DNA from: Eledone cirrhosa
Lineage: Eukaryota
Direction: 5' to 3'
Assembly (NCBI GenBank): GCA_964016885.1
Contig: OZ024742.1
Location: forward strand, 345,898,001-345,962,000
DNA length: 64,000 bases
Below are positions 26,197 to 41,045 of this stretch, in pieces; the first letter of the stretch is position 1; every line of letters starts with the position of its first letter. Both the position numbers and the translations under genes were made by a program. Below the pieces are notes generated by a model. The model saw only the letters and a program-made list of their open reading frames with translations. It ran no database searches and was not told the DNA's origin.

Positions 26197-26286
26197 TTCT
26201 CTTGATAAGTCGGCAGACCTCGCAAGGACTCTATATCTTTATGATGTATTGTTTTTGTTTATGCCACGAAACTACGTAGTCGAGGA
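26197..26286 (+). ncRNA. Type I hammerhead ribozyme, U3-A8 core (second copy)
   Basis: ttctc-TTGATAA-gtcggca...tgccac-GAAA-ctacgtag-TC-gagga; GUC site at 26281. Confidence 0.8.
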
Positions 26287-26517
26287 ATCTAGGAGCAGTT
26301 TAGGTATGATACATTTTATTACTAATTATATCTAAATGTTTCTTCTCTCTTCATAATGTATTTTTAACTCTGATACTGGTTCAGTCTAGTTCAACCGGAT
26401 TGGTCTGTCCCAGTCATTCATTGAGCAACATCGGTGAAGTTGGCACCCTTAACTCACGGTTGGGTGCGGATGCATTCATGTATATGCGTGTGTCCGCATG
26501 TATCTGTGTGTTTCTAA

Positions 26518-26696
<179 letters not shown>

Positions 26697-27342
26697 AAAC
26701 AATGAAATAAAAATTCAAGTCATTAGAAATATACTTCACTGCTTTACGATCGTTTCTAGGTGATAATAATACATCGTACGCATATTTCGTTATCGGTCAA
26801 TGTAGGGTTAGTATATACAAAATATATATATACAAAATATCAAATAAGGAATATATTTACCTACACGTATATCATCATCCGTTGTCAAAACCAATGAAAA
26901 TTTTATTCAAAATCAATAGTAAATTGAGTTCTATGACCTTATTTGGAGGTAGCTGAAGAACAAATCAATCCAATGGATTTTTGCCATATGATGTTAAGAT
27001 GAAATATAACTCACTTTAGTTGAGGTCATTGCCCTTTGAAAGGAATGGTTGAATGGTATTAAAAATAGAATTACTATAAAGAACCTATGAAGAAAAGGGA
27101 TTGTTTTATTGATAGTGAAATGTAGATGGTGGAGTGAAGTTTAAAAAGGAATGTAAAAATTAAATGTTGAGTTGTGTTATATGGAATTTTTAGGTGAATA
27201 TAAATAAGTAAATATAAAATATACAGAGATAACTAGGATAAATATAGATAGGTAAAGTAATATATATATAAGGAAAAAAGATGAAATCGAAAATGCAACT
27301 GGAGTCTTATTTAAAAATATATATATATATTTATTTTTGTTC

Positions 27343-27378
27343 CTTTACCGGTTTCGCAGTTCTTCTGCTTTTCAAAAG
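27343..27378 (-). ncRNA. Minimal hammerhead motif, U3-A8 core
   Basis: ctt-TTGAAAA-gcag aagaa ctgc-GAAA-ccgg-TA-aag; short stem I. Confidence 0.6.
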
Positions 27379-27785
27379 TAGAGTTGAGATGGAGGGTCTG
27401 TGTTTTTTCTCACATCTGGTTGCTCTTTGAATGTTTTATATGGAAAAAAGTGGCTCGAAACGCCATGTTTTTAGAGAAGTAATTTGAATGGTTGGTGAAT
27501 AAGTATAATAAATTTCGCGCCAGTTCGCGTTACAAAGTTCTTCAAACAAAGGGGGGTGGGGGGCTCAGGTTGTTTTTTCATATATGAGTGAAGTTTGGTT
27601 GGTTGATGCAGTCACGTGAATAAGCACATCAGCTTTCGCGCCAGTTTGTTTGAATTTCTTTTTACTTAAAAAAAAGTGGCACACGAAGGCTTTATTTTTC
27701 GAGCCACTTTTTTCCATATAAAACAAGTAACATTCAAAGGCCAACCAGATGTGAGAAAAACCACAGACCCTCCATCTGAACTCTA

Positions 27786-27822
27786 CTTTTGAAAAGCAGA
27801 AGAACTGCGAAACCGGTAAAAG
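27786..27822 (+). ncRNA. Minimal hammerhead motif, U3-A8 core (other arm)
   Basis: ctt-TTGAAAA-gcagaagaactgc-GAAA-ccgg-TA-aaag; weak stem I. Confidence 0.55.
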
Positions 27823-27953
27823 AACCAAATAAATATATATATATTTTTTTTAAATAAGACTCCAGTTGCATTTTCGATTTCCTCTTTTTTCCTTATACTT
27901 TCACTCGTGTAGGACACCTCGGTTATTTTTCATTTTGTAAAAAAAACCTCACT

Positions 27954-28094
<141 letters not shown>

Positions 28095-28647
28095 CTGTAT
28101 ATATATATATATATACATATTTATATCAAATGAAAAAAAGTAGTTAAAGACTCGCGTTAACCTTCGGTAATTTAATGAGCTCAAGGAATAAGTACCGGGC
28201 TTTTCATATTTTGGCACCTAATTTCCTCGTTAATTGGGCTTTTTAAGTTGAATGGTTATAGGCTGCCATTTCTAACGGTTTCTTGACCAATTCAAGCTAC
28301 TATGTACTGTCTGGCGCGCATGTTTTCGTTTCCCTCACTATGTGAGTTTTTTAAGTTGTCTAAAATCTCTTTAGAAGTGTTGTCTGTATCTTCTTTACAC
28401 CTGTTAACGAGCCTGAGAAGGTATGGTACCAACACTGTTTATGGCGAAACATTCTCTGCTCTGAGTTTATCCAGGTGTTTTATAGTTATGAAGGTGTGTT
28501 GGCACATTTTAATTTATCTTTTAAATATAATGTGTTTTCCACACTTTTCGTAGACTTTATATTCTTCACTCTAGTGGTTCTCTACCCCTCCTAATTGAAA
28601 ACTTACCCCTTTATGTGTTTTCTTCTCTATATACTGTATATATATAT

Positions 28648-29110
28648 ATAACGAAGGAAGTGTGGTAAGGAACCAGATGGACCATAACGCACCAGAGTAC
28701 TCAATACTTAGGGTAGTATAGTGGGTAACAAGAAAATGTTTAACCCCGACGGCAGAGCTCAAGCCGTTTCGAAACAACCAAATAGCCGCAAAAAATGCCT
28801 TCGAAGAATTTATCACCCCCAGAACTTCAGAATTCTATGTTACCGAGATAAATAAATATCTAACTAATTAGCAAAATATATACACATTCTAATGGTTTTT
28901 ATTTCGAACTATAAAGTTTATTCTGGATTCAGATATGTCGTTTTAAATTAATGTTTAAAGACCTACGTTAATTATAATTAACGTAGGTCTTTAAACAGCT
29001 ATTTCTGGACTAGAAATAGCTGTCGAAACGGCTTGAGCTCTGCCGTCGGGCTTCTGACTCTTTTCCTATTACTCACTCTACTACCCAAATTATCGAGTAC
29101 TCTTCTCCTA
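28648..29110. mobile_element. Fold-back element with the 3' half of a hammerhead (family shared with 50260-50462)
   Basis: cgacggcagagctcaagccgtttcga (28748) is inverted to tcgaaacggcttgagctctgccgtcg (29023); internal palindrome aaagacctacgttaattataattaacgtaggtcttt. Confidence 0.7.
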
Positions 29111-29677
29111 TATATATATATATATATGAAAGGCAGAAAGACATTGTGTATATACATTCACCATATATATATATATGTGTGTGCGAGAATGTCTATATAT
29201 ATTGATATATATTCATATATGCGTGTGTGTTTGTATACTTATATGTGTGTGTGTTTGAGTGTTTGTATGTGTGAGAGCGTGTGTGTGTGGAGGGGGGGCA
29301 GTATCCTTTATTAGAAATACGGTGCCGAAAGGGTTAACACGCGTTCCAGGCGTTCGTTTAACAATATTTATGTCAGAATATCCTGCGTGTTATCGCATGC
29401 AAATGAAAGGTGTCAGTTTATGAATTAACATTTAGAATTCGTTAACCTGAAGAACCCTAAAACAAATTAAATATTACGTGTAAACAAATAAAGCCATTCA
29501 TCTAAATAACAAGACAGCCATCTTAAGAAATAATCTCTTCAGAATATAGTATTATAGAATAATGTGCTGGATCATAGATAGTCATGGTATTATTATCTCG
29601 TTCGATTGAAATGTCATTCCTTATGACCCTACCTGATTACTAGGTTAATCTTTTCTGTTATACATATATACAAACCC

Positions 29678-29757
<80 letters not shown>

Positions 29758-29796
29758 GTATGTATCTAGGTATATATTTATATGTATATATGTATA

Positions 29797-29930
<134 letters not shown>

Positions 29931-30119
29931 CACACACAGTTCAAGAGTAACGAATCTTAAAGAGAGAGATGGAGATAGGAGAGGAGATAGGAGAGGAGAA
30001 GAGTGATTGGTGAATTAGTTAGAAGCCAAAGCGTAAAGGCATGTGGTCAATGTGCAATATGCAGTGGAAGACAGCTAGCTGGCTGGGTTCATGCAGAGGT
30101 TTGGTGCACAGAGCTGGAA

Positions 30120-30683
<564 letters not shown>

Positions 30684-30688
30684 ATATG

Positions 30689-30720
<32 letters not shown>

Positions 30721-30858
30721 TATATACGTGAAACTTCTATTTAAATTGTTGGGATACAACAAGCAAATATTTTTTATAACTGATATAAAGCACTCAACAA
30801 ATAATTGGAGTAAAAATACGATATTAACAAATGGAAACTATATTTATAAAACCATATT

Positions 30859-30923
30859 TATTTCATTATACATATTTCAAGGACACCAAGTTAAATTATG
30901 GTATGCTTTCATCAGATGAAATA
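30859..30923 (-). ncRNA. Type I hammerhead ribozyme, canonical core
   Basis: tatttcat-CTGATGA-aag..cca[loop]tgg..ctt-GAAA-tatgta-TA-atgaaata; 8-bp stem I. Confidence 0.8.
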
Positions 30924-32419
30924 TAATATAGAGCAGTTTTATAAATAGATATTGACATACCATTAAAGAATGCAACCATTACTGTTGGAAGCTCCCGGAT
31001 AGTGGAGTTATATCTTTAATTACACTATTAGGTAAGTTAGTATTGGATATTTTTAAATAAGCCGTTGGGTTACGGAAAAAGAGAAGGAGAGAGAGAGAGA
31101 AGAACAAGAGAGAGAAAAAAGAAAGAGAAAAAAGTAAAAAGAAAAAAGAAAAGAGAGAGAGGAGAAAGAGAAAGGAGATAGAGCGAAAACTCTAAGTGAT
31201 AGGTTGTTGAGTTATCTTAACATTTGAGATGAAATGATAAATAAAATTAGAAATGTAAATAATCATGAATGGAAGATACATATATAATATGAGAATTTTA
31301 ACCATTGTTTAAATATGATGAAATGTTTAGTTAATCAATTAAAATATTGAGATCAATACATTAAAAATTTAGATGTATATATTAAGGAATCTATATATTA
31401 TTATTAAGACTATATATTATTAAAAATCTATATATTATTAGAAGAATATAACACATATACACACGCAAATATACATACATATAAATATATATATACACAC
31501 ATATAAACATATATACATATCTATCTACGTATATAATATATACATACAAAATATAAAGGATTTTTTAATTTAAGATATAGGAATCTTATAAAATCAGAGA
31601 AAATCATTTCTATGTAATATCAAAGCAGCGTGAAGGAAAATTACGTTATTTAGTTATATAAATGTTACAATTGTTAAGATATTAAAGGAAATTTTATGTT
31701 ATACACACTTTATGTTATTATACAAATTTTTTTTTATATAAGTTTCATGTTTAATAAGATTACCTGTTATGTAGTTATGACTGTTATTATATATGTTTAT
31801 TTGTCGCGAACATTAGGATAATCCTTATAATTAAGTGCAATCGAATTGTATGCATATACACATATATATATATACACAATTCCCACATATACATACATAG
31901 ACGTACCCACACAAATAGGTAGATATGCATCACATATATATATACATAGAGATACCCATACACACATAAATATATGTACATGTATATCAATACACACACA
32001 TATATATATATACACACATCATAGAGAGAAATAGATATATAAATACAGTACATAGTATAATTGAAGTACATAAAATACAAAAGAATTATATTACGATTTG
32101 GAAATATAATTATAAGCAATATAACTTTAAAACAATATAACTTAAAAAATATTATAGAATATTTCAAGTTATAATTTTAAAATAATAATATATTTAATAA
32201 ATTTATTATAAAATTTTCTACGTATATTTAACTTAATTTTATATCCATAAGAGAAAGAAAAAGAAACTTTCAAAAATAGGAGAAACTATCAAAAAATATT
32301 TTCCCTTTTTCAGAGCTTTCAATATATTTCTCTAGAAGAGTTTATTATATTTATTTATATTTAGGAAGAAAAGTTTTTTTTACTTGAGTGTATAAGCAGT
32401 CAAAAAATGAAGGAATCTA

Positions 32420-33200
32420 ATGATTCTAAATAAAATTAAATACATTGATAATAATAATATAACAACTAACCATAATCTTAAAAATTTTAACTATTTTAAC
32501 AATTTTAACAACTATAATAGAAAACCTTACAATAATTCCGAAAAGAAAAAAAGAAATAGGACTAGGAATATATTATGGTTCGCTCCTCCTTTCTCATTAA
32601 ATATTAAAACGCCTATTGCTAAACTATTTTTTAAAGCTCTTGACGAATGCTTCCCTAGAACACATAGATATTACTCAATTTTTAATAGCCATACTATCAA
32701 ATTAACTTATTCTTCCACCAAACATTTAGCGCAAAATATTAATAGCATTAATAATAGAAATTTAAAACCAAACCAAAATACCACTAATAACCCAAGTAAT
32801 ATCCAATTTGATAAATGTAACTGTAGAAATAAATCTAACTGTCCGTTAAATAACAATTGCTTAGCTAAAAATATAGTATATAATTGTAATGTAAAAACTA
32901 ATTTAAATTCATTTAATTATGTGGGATCCACTTCCACAGAGTTTAAATCCCGTTTCAATAATCTTAAAAATTATTTTACGAATCCAAACAAAAAATCTTC
33001 AACTTCTCTATCTAGCTTATTATGGGACCTCAAACTAAAGAACGTTGAATATTCGTTGATTTGGAATATTATTTCAAAAGCTACTCCTTTTAACTCCTCT
33101 TCAGAAAATTGTGATCTTTTATAGAGGAAATATTCTTTATATTAAAGACCAAAAATTCCCTGAACCTAAGGAACAATTTATTCATTTGCTGTAGACATAG
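32420..33200 (+). pseudogene. Penelope-like linker plus GIY-YIG endonuclease (frameshifted at 3' end, RT missing)
   Basis: RNILWFAPPFS, CNCRNKSNCPLNNNCL (CxCx5Cx5C), NIVY...YVGSTSTEFKSRF, CDL, then CCRH in another frame. Confidence 0.88.
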
Positions 33201-34760
33201 TTTGAACTCAACGTTTAAATATAAATTTAAAATGTAATATATAATTAATTAATTAATTCTATTAATATATTGAACCTATCGATAAATCATTAGATTCCTT
33301 CATTTTTTGACTGCTTTTACACTCAAGTAAAAAAAACTTTTCTCCCTAAATATAAATAAATATAATAGACTCTTCTAGAGAAATATACTGAAAGCTCTTA
33401 AAAAGGGAAAATATTTTTTGATAGTTTCTCCTATTTTCGAAAGTTTCTCTTTTGAAAGTTTCTTTTTCTTTCTCTTATGGATATAAAATACGTAGAAAAT
33501 GTTATACTAAATTTATTAAACATATTATTATTTTAAAATTATAACTTGAAATATTCTATAATATTTTTAAAGTTATATTGTTTTAAAGTTATATTGCTTA
33601 TAATTATATTTCCAAATCGTAATATAATTCTTTTGTATTTTATGTACTTCAATTATACTATGTACTGTATTTATATATCTATTTCTCTCTATGATGTGTG
33701 TATATATATATATGTGTGTGTATTGATATACATGTACATATATTTATGTGTGTATGGGTATCTCTATGTATATATATATGTGATGCATATCTACCTATTT
33801 GTGTGGGTACGTCTATGTATGTATATGTGGGAATTGTGTATATATATATGTGTGTATATGCATACAATTCGATTGCACTTAATTATAAGGATTATCCTAA
33901 TGTTCGCGACAAATAAACATATATAATAACAGTCATAACTACATAACAGGTAATCTTATTAAATATAAACTTATATAAAAAACATTTGTATAATAACATA
34001 AAGTGTGTATCTTAACAATTGTAACATTTATATAACTAAATAACGTAATTTTCCTTCACGCTGCTTTGATATTACATAGAAATGATTTTCTCTGATTTTA
34101 TAAGATTCCTATATCTTAAATTAAAAAATCCTTTATATTTTGTATGTATATATTATATACGTAGATAGATATGTATATATGTTTATACGTGTGTATATAT
34201 ATTTATATGTATGTATATTTGCGTGTGTATATGTGTTATATTCTTCTAATAATATATAGATTTTTAATAATATATAGTCTTAATAATAATATATAGATTT
34301 CTTAATATATAGATCTAAATTTTTAATGTATTGATCTCAATATTTTAATTGATTAACTAAACATTTCATCATATTTAAACAATGGTTAAAATTCTCATAT
34401 TATATATGAATCTTCTATTCATGATTATTTACATTTCTAATTTCATTTATTCATTTCATCTCAAATGTTAAGATAACTCAACAACCTATCACTTAGAGTT
34501 TTCGCTCTCTCTCTCCTTTCTCTTTCTCCTCTCTCTCTCTTCTTTTTCTTTTTTCTCTTTCTTTTTTCTCTCTATTGTTCTACTCTCTCTCTGTCTCTTT
34601 CTCTTTCTCCGTAACCCAACGGCTTATTTAAAAATATCCAATACTAACTTACCTAATAGTATAATTAAAGATATAACTCCACTATCCCGGAGCTTTCAAC
34701 AGTAATGGTTCCATTCTTTAACGGTATGTAAATATTTATTCATAAAACTGCTCTATATTA

Positions 34761-34825
34761 TATTTTATCTAATGAAAGCACACCATAATTTAACTTGGTG
34801 TCCTTGAAATATGTATAATGAAATA
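34761..34825 (+). ncRNA. Hammerhead copy with G5>A core mutation (probably inactive)
   Basis: tattttat-CTAATGA-aag...ctt-GAAA-tatgta-TA-atgaaata. Confidence 0.65.
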
Positions 34826-34924
34826 AATATGGTTTTATAAGTATAGTTTCCATTTGTTAATATCGTACATATATATATATATAAATTTATATGTGTGTGT
34901 GTCTGTGTGTGTGTATATATGTAT

Positions 34925-35279
<355 letters not shown>

Positions 35280-35817
35280 TACACACACACACAAACACAC
35301 ACATATATATATACACACATATATATACACACACACAAACACACACATACACATATATACATATATACACACATATACACACACACACATGCACACACAC
35401 ATATACATATATATGTATATATACATATATATATATATTTATAAATATATGTATGAATATATATTTATATGTGGAATCTTGCATATATATGTATATATGT
35501 GTGTATGTGTGTGTGTGTCTGTGTATGCATGCATATATATGTGTGTGTATATATATATGTGTGTGTGTGTGTACCTTGTTCAGTAAATTAGTTTATGGCA
35601 GCAATGGGATCAGCTCTAAGTGTTATAACAGAATACAAATAGTTTGGAAATGATATTGGAGATTCACTTTAAAATAGTTTTATTGCATATCGAACGTTAC
35701 ATGTGATTCGTAGATGATTGTTTCTAGGTCTTTCGATCTAACCCCAGTATCGATCTGCTCATCCGACTTGTGGATTCAAATCAAAACATTTTTATTTCCG
35801 ATGAATTATGTTATAAC

Positions 35818-36005
35818 ATAATTGTTTCTACTTTTGGCAGTAGGCCAGCAATTACCCAGTGCATTACTGGTACTTTATTTTATCGACCCCGTAAGGATGA
35901 AAGGCAAAGTTAACATCAGCGGGATTTGAACTCAGAATGCAAGGGCCGTAACTCTATGCGTCAAAGCATGGCGTCCGACCCTCTACCGATACTGCCAATC
36001 CACCG
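35818..36005 (-). mobile_element. tRNA-derived SINE
   Basis: Reverse complement of the main SINE, full length. Confidence 0.9.
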
Positions 36006-36644
36006 AACATCTACTATATAAATTGGAAGTGGTAGGATGTTGTATATTTAAGTAAGTAGGTGTAGTCGGATAAATGTCGAAATAGCTTGGTGGAATGCAG
36101 CGAAAATGTACACAGTTATGCAGAATGATCCAAGGAGGCGTTGGGTCGAGTTTCAAGCTACTAGCTTCCATGGTTACGGAGAAAATCTATGAAACAGGAA
36201 TTTCCCATTCAAATTGAACTGAGAGTAAACTGTGAACGCAGAAGTAAATATTTCGAGAAACGTTGCAAGCGAAGGAAAACAGGAAGACGATATTTTGGTT
36301 CGTGAAGACGTTCCCTGGCAATGAACGGAAAAAAAGCGAGAATAATACGTCGTTATGTAGTGCGAGAAGAACAATTTCATGCAAAGACAAGACCAAGTTT
36401 ATGGTGTAAATGGAGTCGTTAGACTAATATTCTATTTAAAATAACAGAATGATTTCCAGCGCCGGAGTTTAAGAATGATGTAAATAAAATTGAAAACGAA
36501 AATGACAGAGGTTATTAAAATAGTAAAAGTAAATAGTGAAGATTTAGGCCAGTACATATGTATGCCCCGACGGACATACACATACATACGCCCACACAAA
36601 TACATACACACCCACGCATACACACATGCACACATACACACACA

Positions 36645-36692
<48 letters not shown>

Positions 36693-36879
36693 TGCGCGTA
36701 TGCATAAACCTTATGCATTTCTACAGTATTTTCCCCAAACTTAAGACATTGGTTACTTATGTACTCCAGATGGTCATGGGCACTTTCATTTTTCCAGATA
36801 TTGATTATAGGGCCTCCCGGCAGATAACCCCCTTTAACCACTTCCTTAGAGTCGACTGAAGCACTGCAGTGCAATGCAA

Positions 36880-37137
36880 CAAAACGTCATAACTTCTGGA
36901 GTTCGCAACCGATTTTCACAAAACTTGACACATGGGCTACGTTTGTCCTACAGATGAATGTGAACTCTCAAAATTGGCACATATTGAGTAGGAGACTCCT
37001 GGGGGCAGGAACCCCCTTTTGGAAAAAGCCGATGATTTTGTAAAAGTATAGTTTTCGAAGCAGCACTGAAGTATTGACATAAATGGTATACACAACTGCT
37101 ATTTAATACACGAGCAACGCCGGGTACCTCTGCTAGT
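36880..37137 (+). mobile_element. Non-autonomous Helitron/Helentron-like element 3' part
   Basis: ataactt...ccgattttcacaaaacttg body, and terminus gagcaacgccgggtacctctgCTAGt; followed at ~37150 by a 5'-type start atctatattata...ctgtccgtc. Confidence 0.55.
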
Positions 37138-37317
37138 TATATAATATAATCTATATTATACTAACAGCGTTGTCTGTCTTTCGTCTGTCCGTCACGCTCA
37201 TGTTATGTAGAGATAGGGAAGCGCCAAGGGAAAAATATGTACTTAAATAGAGAGAGAAAAGGAACATCCTTTGTTTAGAGTGAGAGGGAAAGAGAGAGAG
37301 AGAGTGTGTGCGTGAGC

Positions 37318-37371
<54 letters not shown>

Positions 37372-37437
37372 CAGAAAGCAGCAGAAGATGTCGCCCTCAT
37401 CTGGTATAATATATAATATTATATAATATTACATCAT

Positions 37438-37618
37438 ATTGGCAGTATCAGTAGAGGGTCTGACGCCATGCTTTATAGCAAAGAGTTACGGCCTTTTATG
37501 GTCTGAGTTCAAATCACGCCGAGGTTAACTTTGCCTTTCATCCGTACGAGGTCGATAAAATAAAGCACCAGTCACGTACTAGGTAATTGCTGGCCTTGTG
37601 CCAAAAGTAGAAATAATT
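37438..37618 (+). mobile_element. tRNA-derived SINE
   Basis: Head, box B gagttcaaat, core and tail as in the other copies. Confidence 0.88.
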
Positions 37619-38026
37619 ATATTATATATTATACTATATATAATACATGTCGTTGCAATGGCTTAAAATATCTCTACTTTAACCGTTTTCAATCACTGAA
37701 ATAATTGTATTCGTCTTTCTTTCTTGTTCCTGCATTCGAAATAATATTTCCGTTTTGTCAACTTTTCATTCTATCTACATTGACTTTGTTTTTGGTGGTT
37801 TCGATAGATTCTTTGTTTTTCTTGGGATTGTGTTGTCGCAGTTCTTCGAAACTATTCCCTATAATTATTTCTAGTGCTGTTTACTTGCTAGCAGTTATAG
37901 TGTTGTAAGTTACTAATGCAGCTATAGGGTCTGGGCAACCCATCGCTTTAAAAGTGAATTATGCAACCTATGGTGTGTGGCTGAAGAATTAATCATTGTT
38001 TCATGTATTGTCACCTCGGATCTGTG

Positions 38027-38056
<30 letters not shown>

Positions 38057-38060
<4 letters not shown>

Positions 38061-40569
38061 TATATTATATTTTGAGATTAAACTCTCAGTCGTTTACAAT
38101 TAATAAGCTCCAAGAAAGGGGCATTTCCGAGCAGTTAAATACATTAATATATATGATAAACACAAAATGTGTTTGCATTGTAACAGACAAAGTTAGCTAT
38201 CAATGAAATAAACTAATTAAAGTGAATACGATTTGTCTGTCTCGATATAAGTCAATAAAGACAAGCTTATATTGGCAAAGGCCGTGATTCCTGCACAAAT
38301 TTAAATTTCAAAATCCAAACCCGCTCCGTAGATGAATTTGAACTTCGAAACCCAAATATGTTTCGCAACGATGGTACATAAATTGAAAAATAAAGAGAAT
38401 CGAAATGGAATTGAAATAAAGAGTGAAATATCCAAATCTTCTGTGCTTATCGACAGGAATCCAGTAAAATTAGTACGTTTCACCATCAAAAATTTTGCAG
38501 GTCTGACTACACGTGTGTGTAGCCAGGCCAAACTAGCCGTCCCGCATTCCCGGTGCTAGAAATAACAGCCGTTTATACGGGATTAAAGATCAACTCTACA
38601 GTTAAGGAGCAATATACTTTTTATTTCAATTCCATTTCGATTCTCTTTATTTTTCAATTCATGTACCATCGTTGCGAAACATATTTGGGTTTCGAAGTTC
38701 AAATTCATCTACGGAGCGGGTTTGGATTTTGAAATTTAAATTTGTCCAGGAATCACGGCCTTTGCCAATATAAGCTTGTCTTTATGGACTTATATCGAGA
38801 CAGACAAATTGTATTCACTTTAATTAGTTTATTTCATTGATAGCTAACTTTGTCTGTTACAATGCAAACACATTTTATGTTTATCATATATATTAATGTA
38901 TTTAACTGCTCGGAAATGCCCCTTTCTTGGAGCTTATTAATTGTAAACGACTGAGAGTTTAATCTCAAAATATAATATAGTATATTGCTCCTTAACTGTA
39001 GAGCTGATCTTTAATCCTGCATAAACGGCTATTATTTCTACTACCGGGAATTCGGGACTGCTAGTTTGGCCTGGCTACACACACGTGTAGTCAGACCTGC
39101 AAAATTTTTGATGGTGAAATGTACTAATTTTACTGGATTCCTGTCGATAAGCACAGAAGATTTGGATATTTCACTTTTTATTTCAATTCCATTTCGATTC
39201 TCTTTATTTTTCAATTCATGTACCATCGTTGCGAAACATATTTGGGTTTCGAAGTTCAAATTCATCTACGGAGCGGGTTTGGATTTTGAAATTTAAATTT
39301 GTGCAGGAATCACGGCCTTTGCCAATATAAGCTTGTCTTTATGGACTTATATCGAGACAGACAAATTGTATTCACTTTAATTAGTTTATTTCATTGATAG
39401 CTAACTTTGTCTGTTACAATGCAAACACATTTTGTGTTTATCATATATATTAATGTATTTAACTGCTCGGAAATGCCCCTTTCTTGGAGCTTATTAATTG
39501 TAAACGACTGAGAGTTTAATCTCAAAATATAATATAGTATATTGCTCCTTAACTGTAGAGCTGATCTTTAATCCCGCATAAACGGCTGTTATTTCTAGCA
39601 CCGGGAATGCGGGACGGCTAGTTTGGCCTGGCTACACACACGTGTAGTTAGACCTGCATAATTTTTGATGGTGAAATGTACTAATTTTACTGGATTCCTG
39701 TCGATAAGCACAGAAGATTTGGATATTTCACTTTTTATTTCAATTCCATTTCGATTCTCTTTATTTTTCAATTCATGTACCATCGTTGCGAAACATATTT
39801 GGGTTTCGAAGTTCAAATTCATCTACGGAGCGGGTTTGGATTTTGAAATTTAAATTTGTCCAGGAATCACGGCCTTTGCCAATATAAGCTTGTCTTTATT
39901 GACTTATATCGAGACAGACAAATTGTATTCACTTTAATTAGTTTATTTCATTGATAGCTAACTTTGTCTGTTACAATGCAAACACGTTTTGTGTTTATCA
40001 TATATATTAATGTATTTAACTGCTCGGAAATGCCCCTTTCTTGGAGCTTATTAATTGTAAACGACTGAGAGTTTAATCTCAAAATATAATATAGTATATT
40101 GCTCCTTAACTGTAGAGCTGATCTTTAATCCCGCATAAACGGTTATTATTTCTACTACCGGGAATTCGGGACGGCTAGTTTGGCCTGGCTACACACACGT
40201 GTAGTCAGACCTGCAAAATTTTTGATGGTGAAATGTACTAATTTTACTGGATTCCTGTCGATAAGCACAGAAGATTTGGATATTTCACTTTTTATTTCAA
40301 TTCCATTTCGATTCTCTTTATTTTTCAATTCATGTACCATCGTTGCGAAACATATTTGGGTTTCGAAGTTCAAATTCATCTACGGAGCGGGTTTGGATTT
40401 TGAAATTTAAATTTGTCCAGGAATCACGGCCTTTGCCAATATAAGCTTGTCTTTATTGACTTATATCGAGACAGACAAATTGTATTCACTTTAATTAGTT
40501 TATTTCATTGATAGCTAACTTTGTCTGTTACAATGCAAACACGTTTTGTGTTTATCATATATATTAATG

Positions 40570-40572
<3 letters not shown>
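38057..40572. repeat. 557-bp unit: one forward monomer, then ~3.5 inverted head-to-tail copies, bounded by (TA)n
   Basis: Near-identical pseudo-ORFs start at 39265, 39822 and 40379 on the minus strand (period 557); mirror copy at 38332-38559; inversion junction at ~38616. Confidence 0.95.
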
Positions 40573-40600
<28 letters not shown>

Positions 40601-40669
40601 ATACACACACACACGCACGCACACACACACACACATACACACAAACATATATATATATATATAATACCT

Positions 40670-40870
40670 ATATATATTGAGAAGTGCGCTAGCACACATA
40701 CAGATATACCTTTATCATACATTCGGCTACTAGTGGATTTCTTTGTCGGCCGAAACCGCGGTATAATAACTAAATTTACTAAGAATAATGTAAGTGAAAT
40801 TGCGTTTGCCTTTAATCTACTTTTGCTTACTCTGCTTTTTTTTAATAAATATAAATATTATATTCCTCTA
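40670..40870 (+). mobile_element. Pseudo-LTR-like segment with hammerhead remnant
   Basis: GAAA-ccgcgg-TA-taata with possible TTGAGAA core at 40677; homologous to 43035-43200 (+) and 47805-47872 (-). Confidence 0.5.
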
Positions 40871-40943
40871 TATTGTATAAATATTATTATATCTTAATAT
40901 TGTATAAATATTATTATATCTTAATATTGTATAAATATTATTA

Positions 40944-41045
<102 letters not shown>

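Larger units (their letters stand above)
27268..27896. repeat. Fold-back: ~190-bp inverted arms (27268-27460 / 27697-27896)
   Basis: aaaatgcaactggagtcttattt...gtggctcgaaa is mirrored by tttcgagccac...aaataagactccagttgcatttt. Confidence 0.9.
30728..34867 (+). mobile_element. 5'-truncated Penelope-like element (Naiad-type) with ~1.6-kb inverted pseudo-LTR arms
   Basis: 30818-32426 is the reverse complement of 33285-34867 (mirror ORFs 31787-32167 / 33546-33926); central GIY-YIG coding fragment; (TA)n on both sides. Confidence 0.9.

Noticed and set aside
26735-26865. Minus-strand GAAA-cgatcg-TA with stem II taggt/accta
   Set aside because: No recognisable 5' core next to stem II.
28140-28600. 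Possible decayed coding sequence on the minus strand
   Set aside because: Multiple stops and no motif I can assign.
32815-32865. Selenocysteine (UGA) in the Naiad zinc-finger motif
   Set aside because: All four positions are ordinary Cys codons here, and no UGA occurs at the equivalent sites at 55080-55125.
38301-40410. Repeated 74-76-aa ORFs on both strands
   Set aside because: By-product of the 557-bp repeat; no domain, and stop positions vary between copies.
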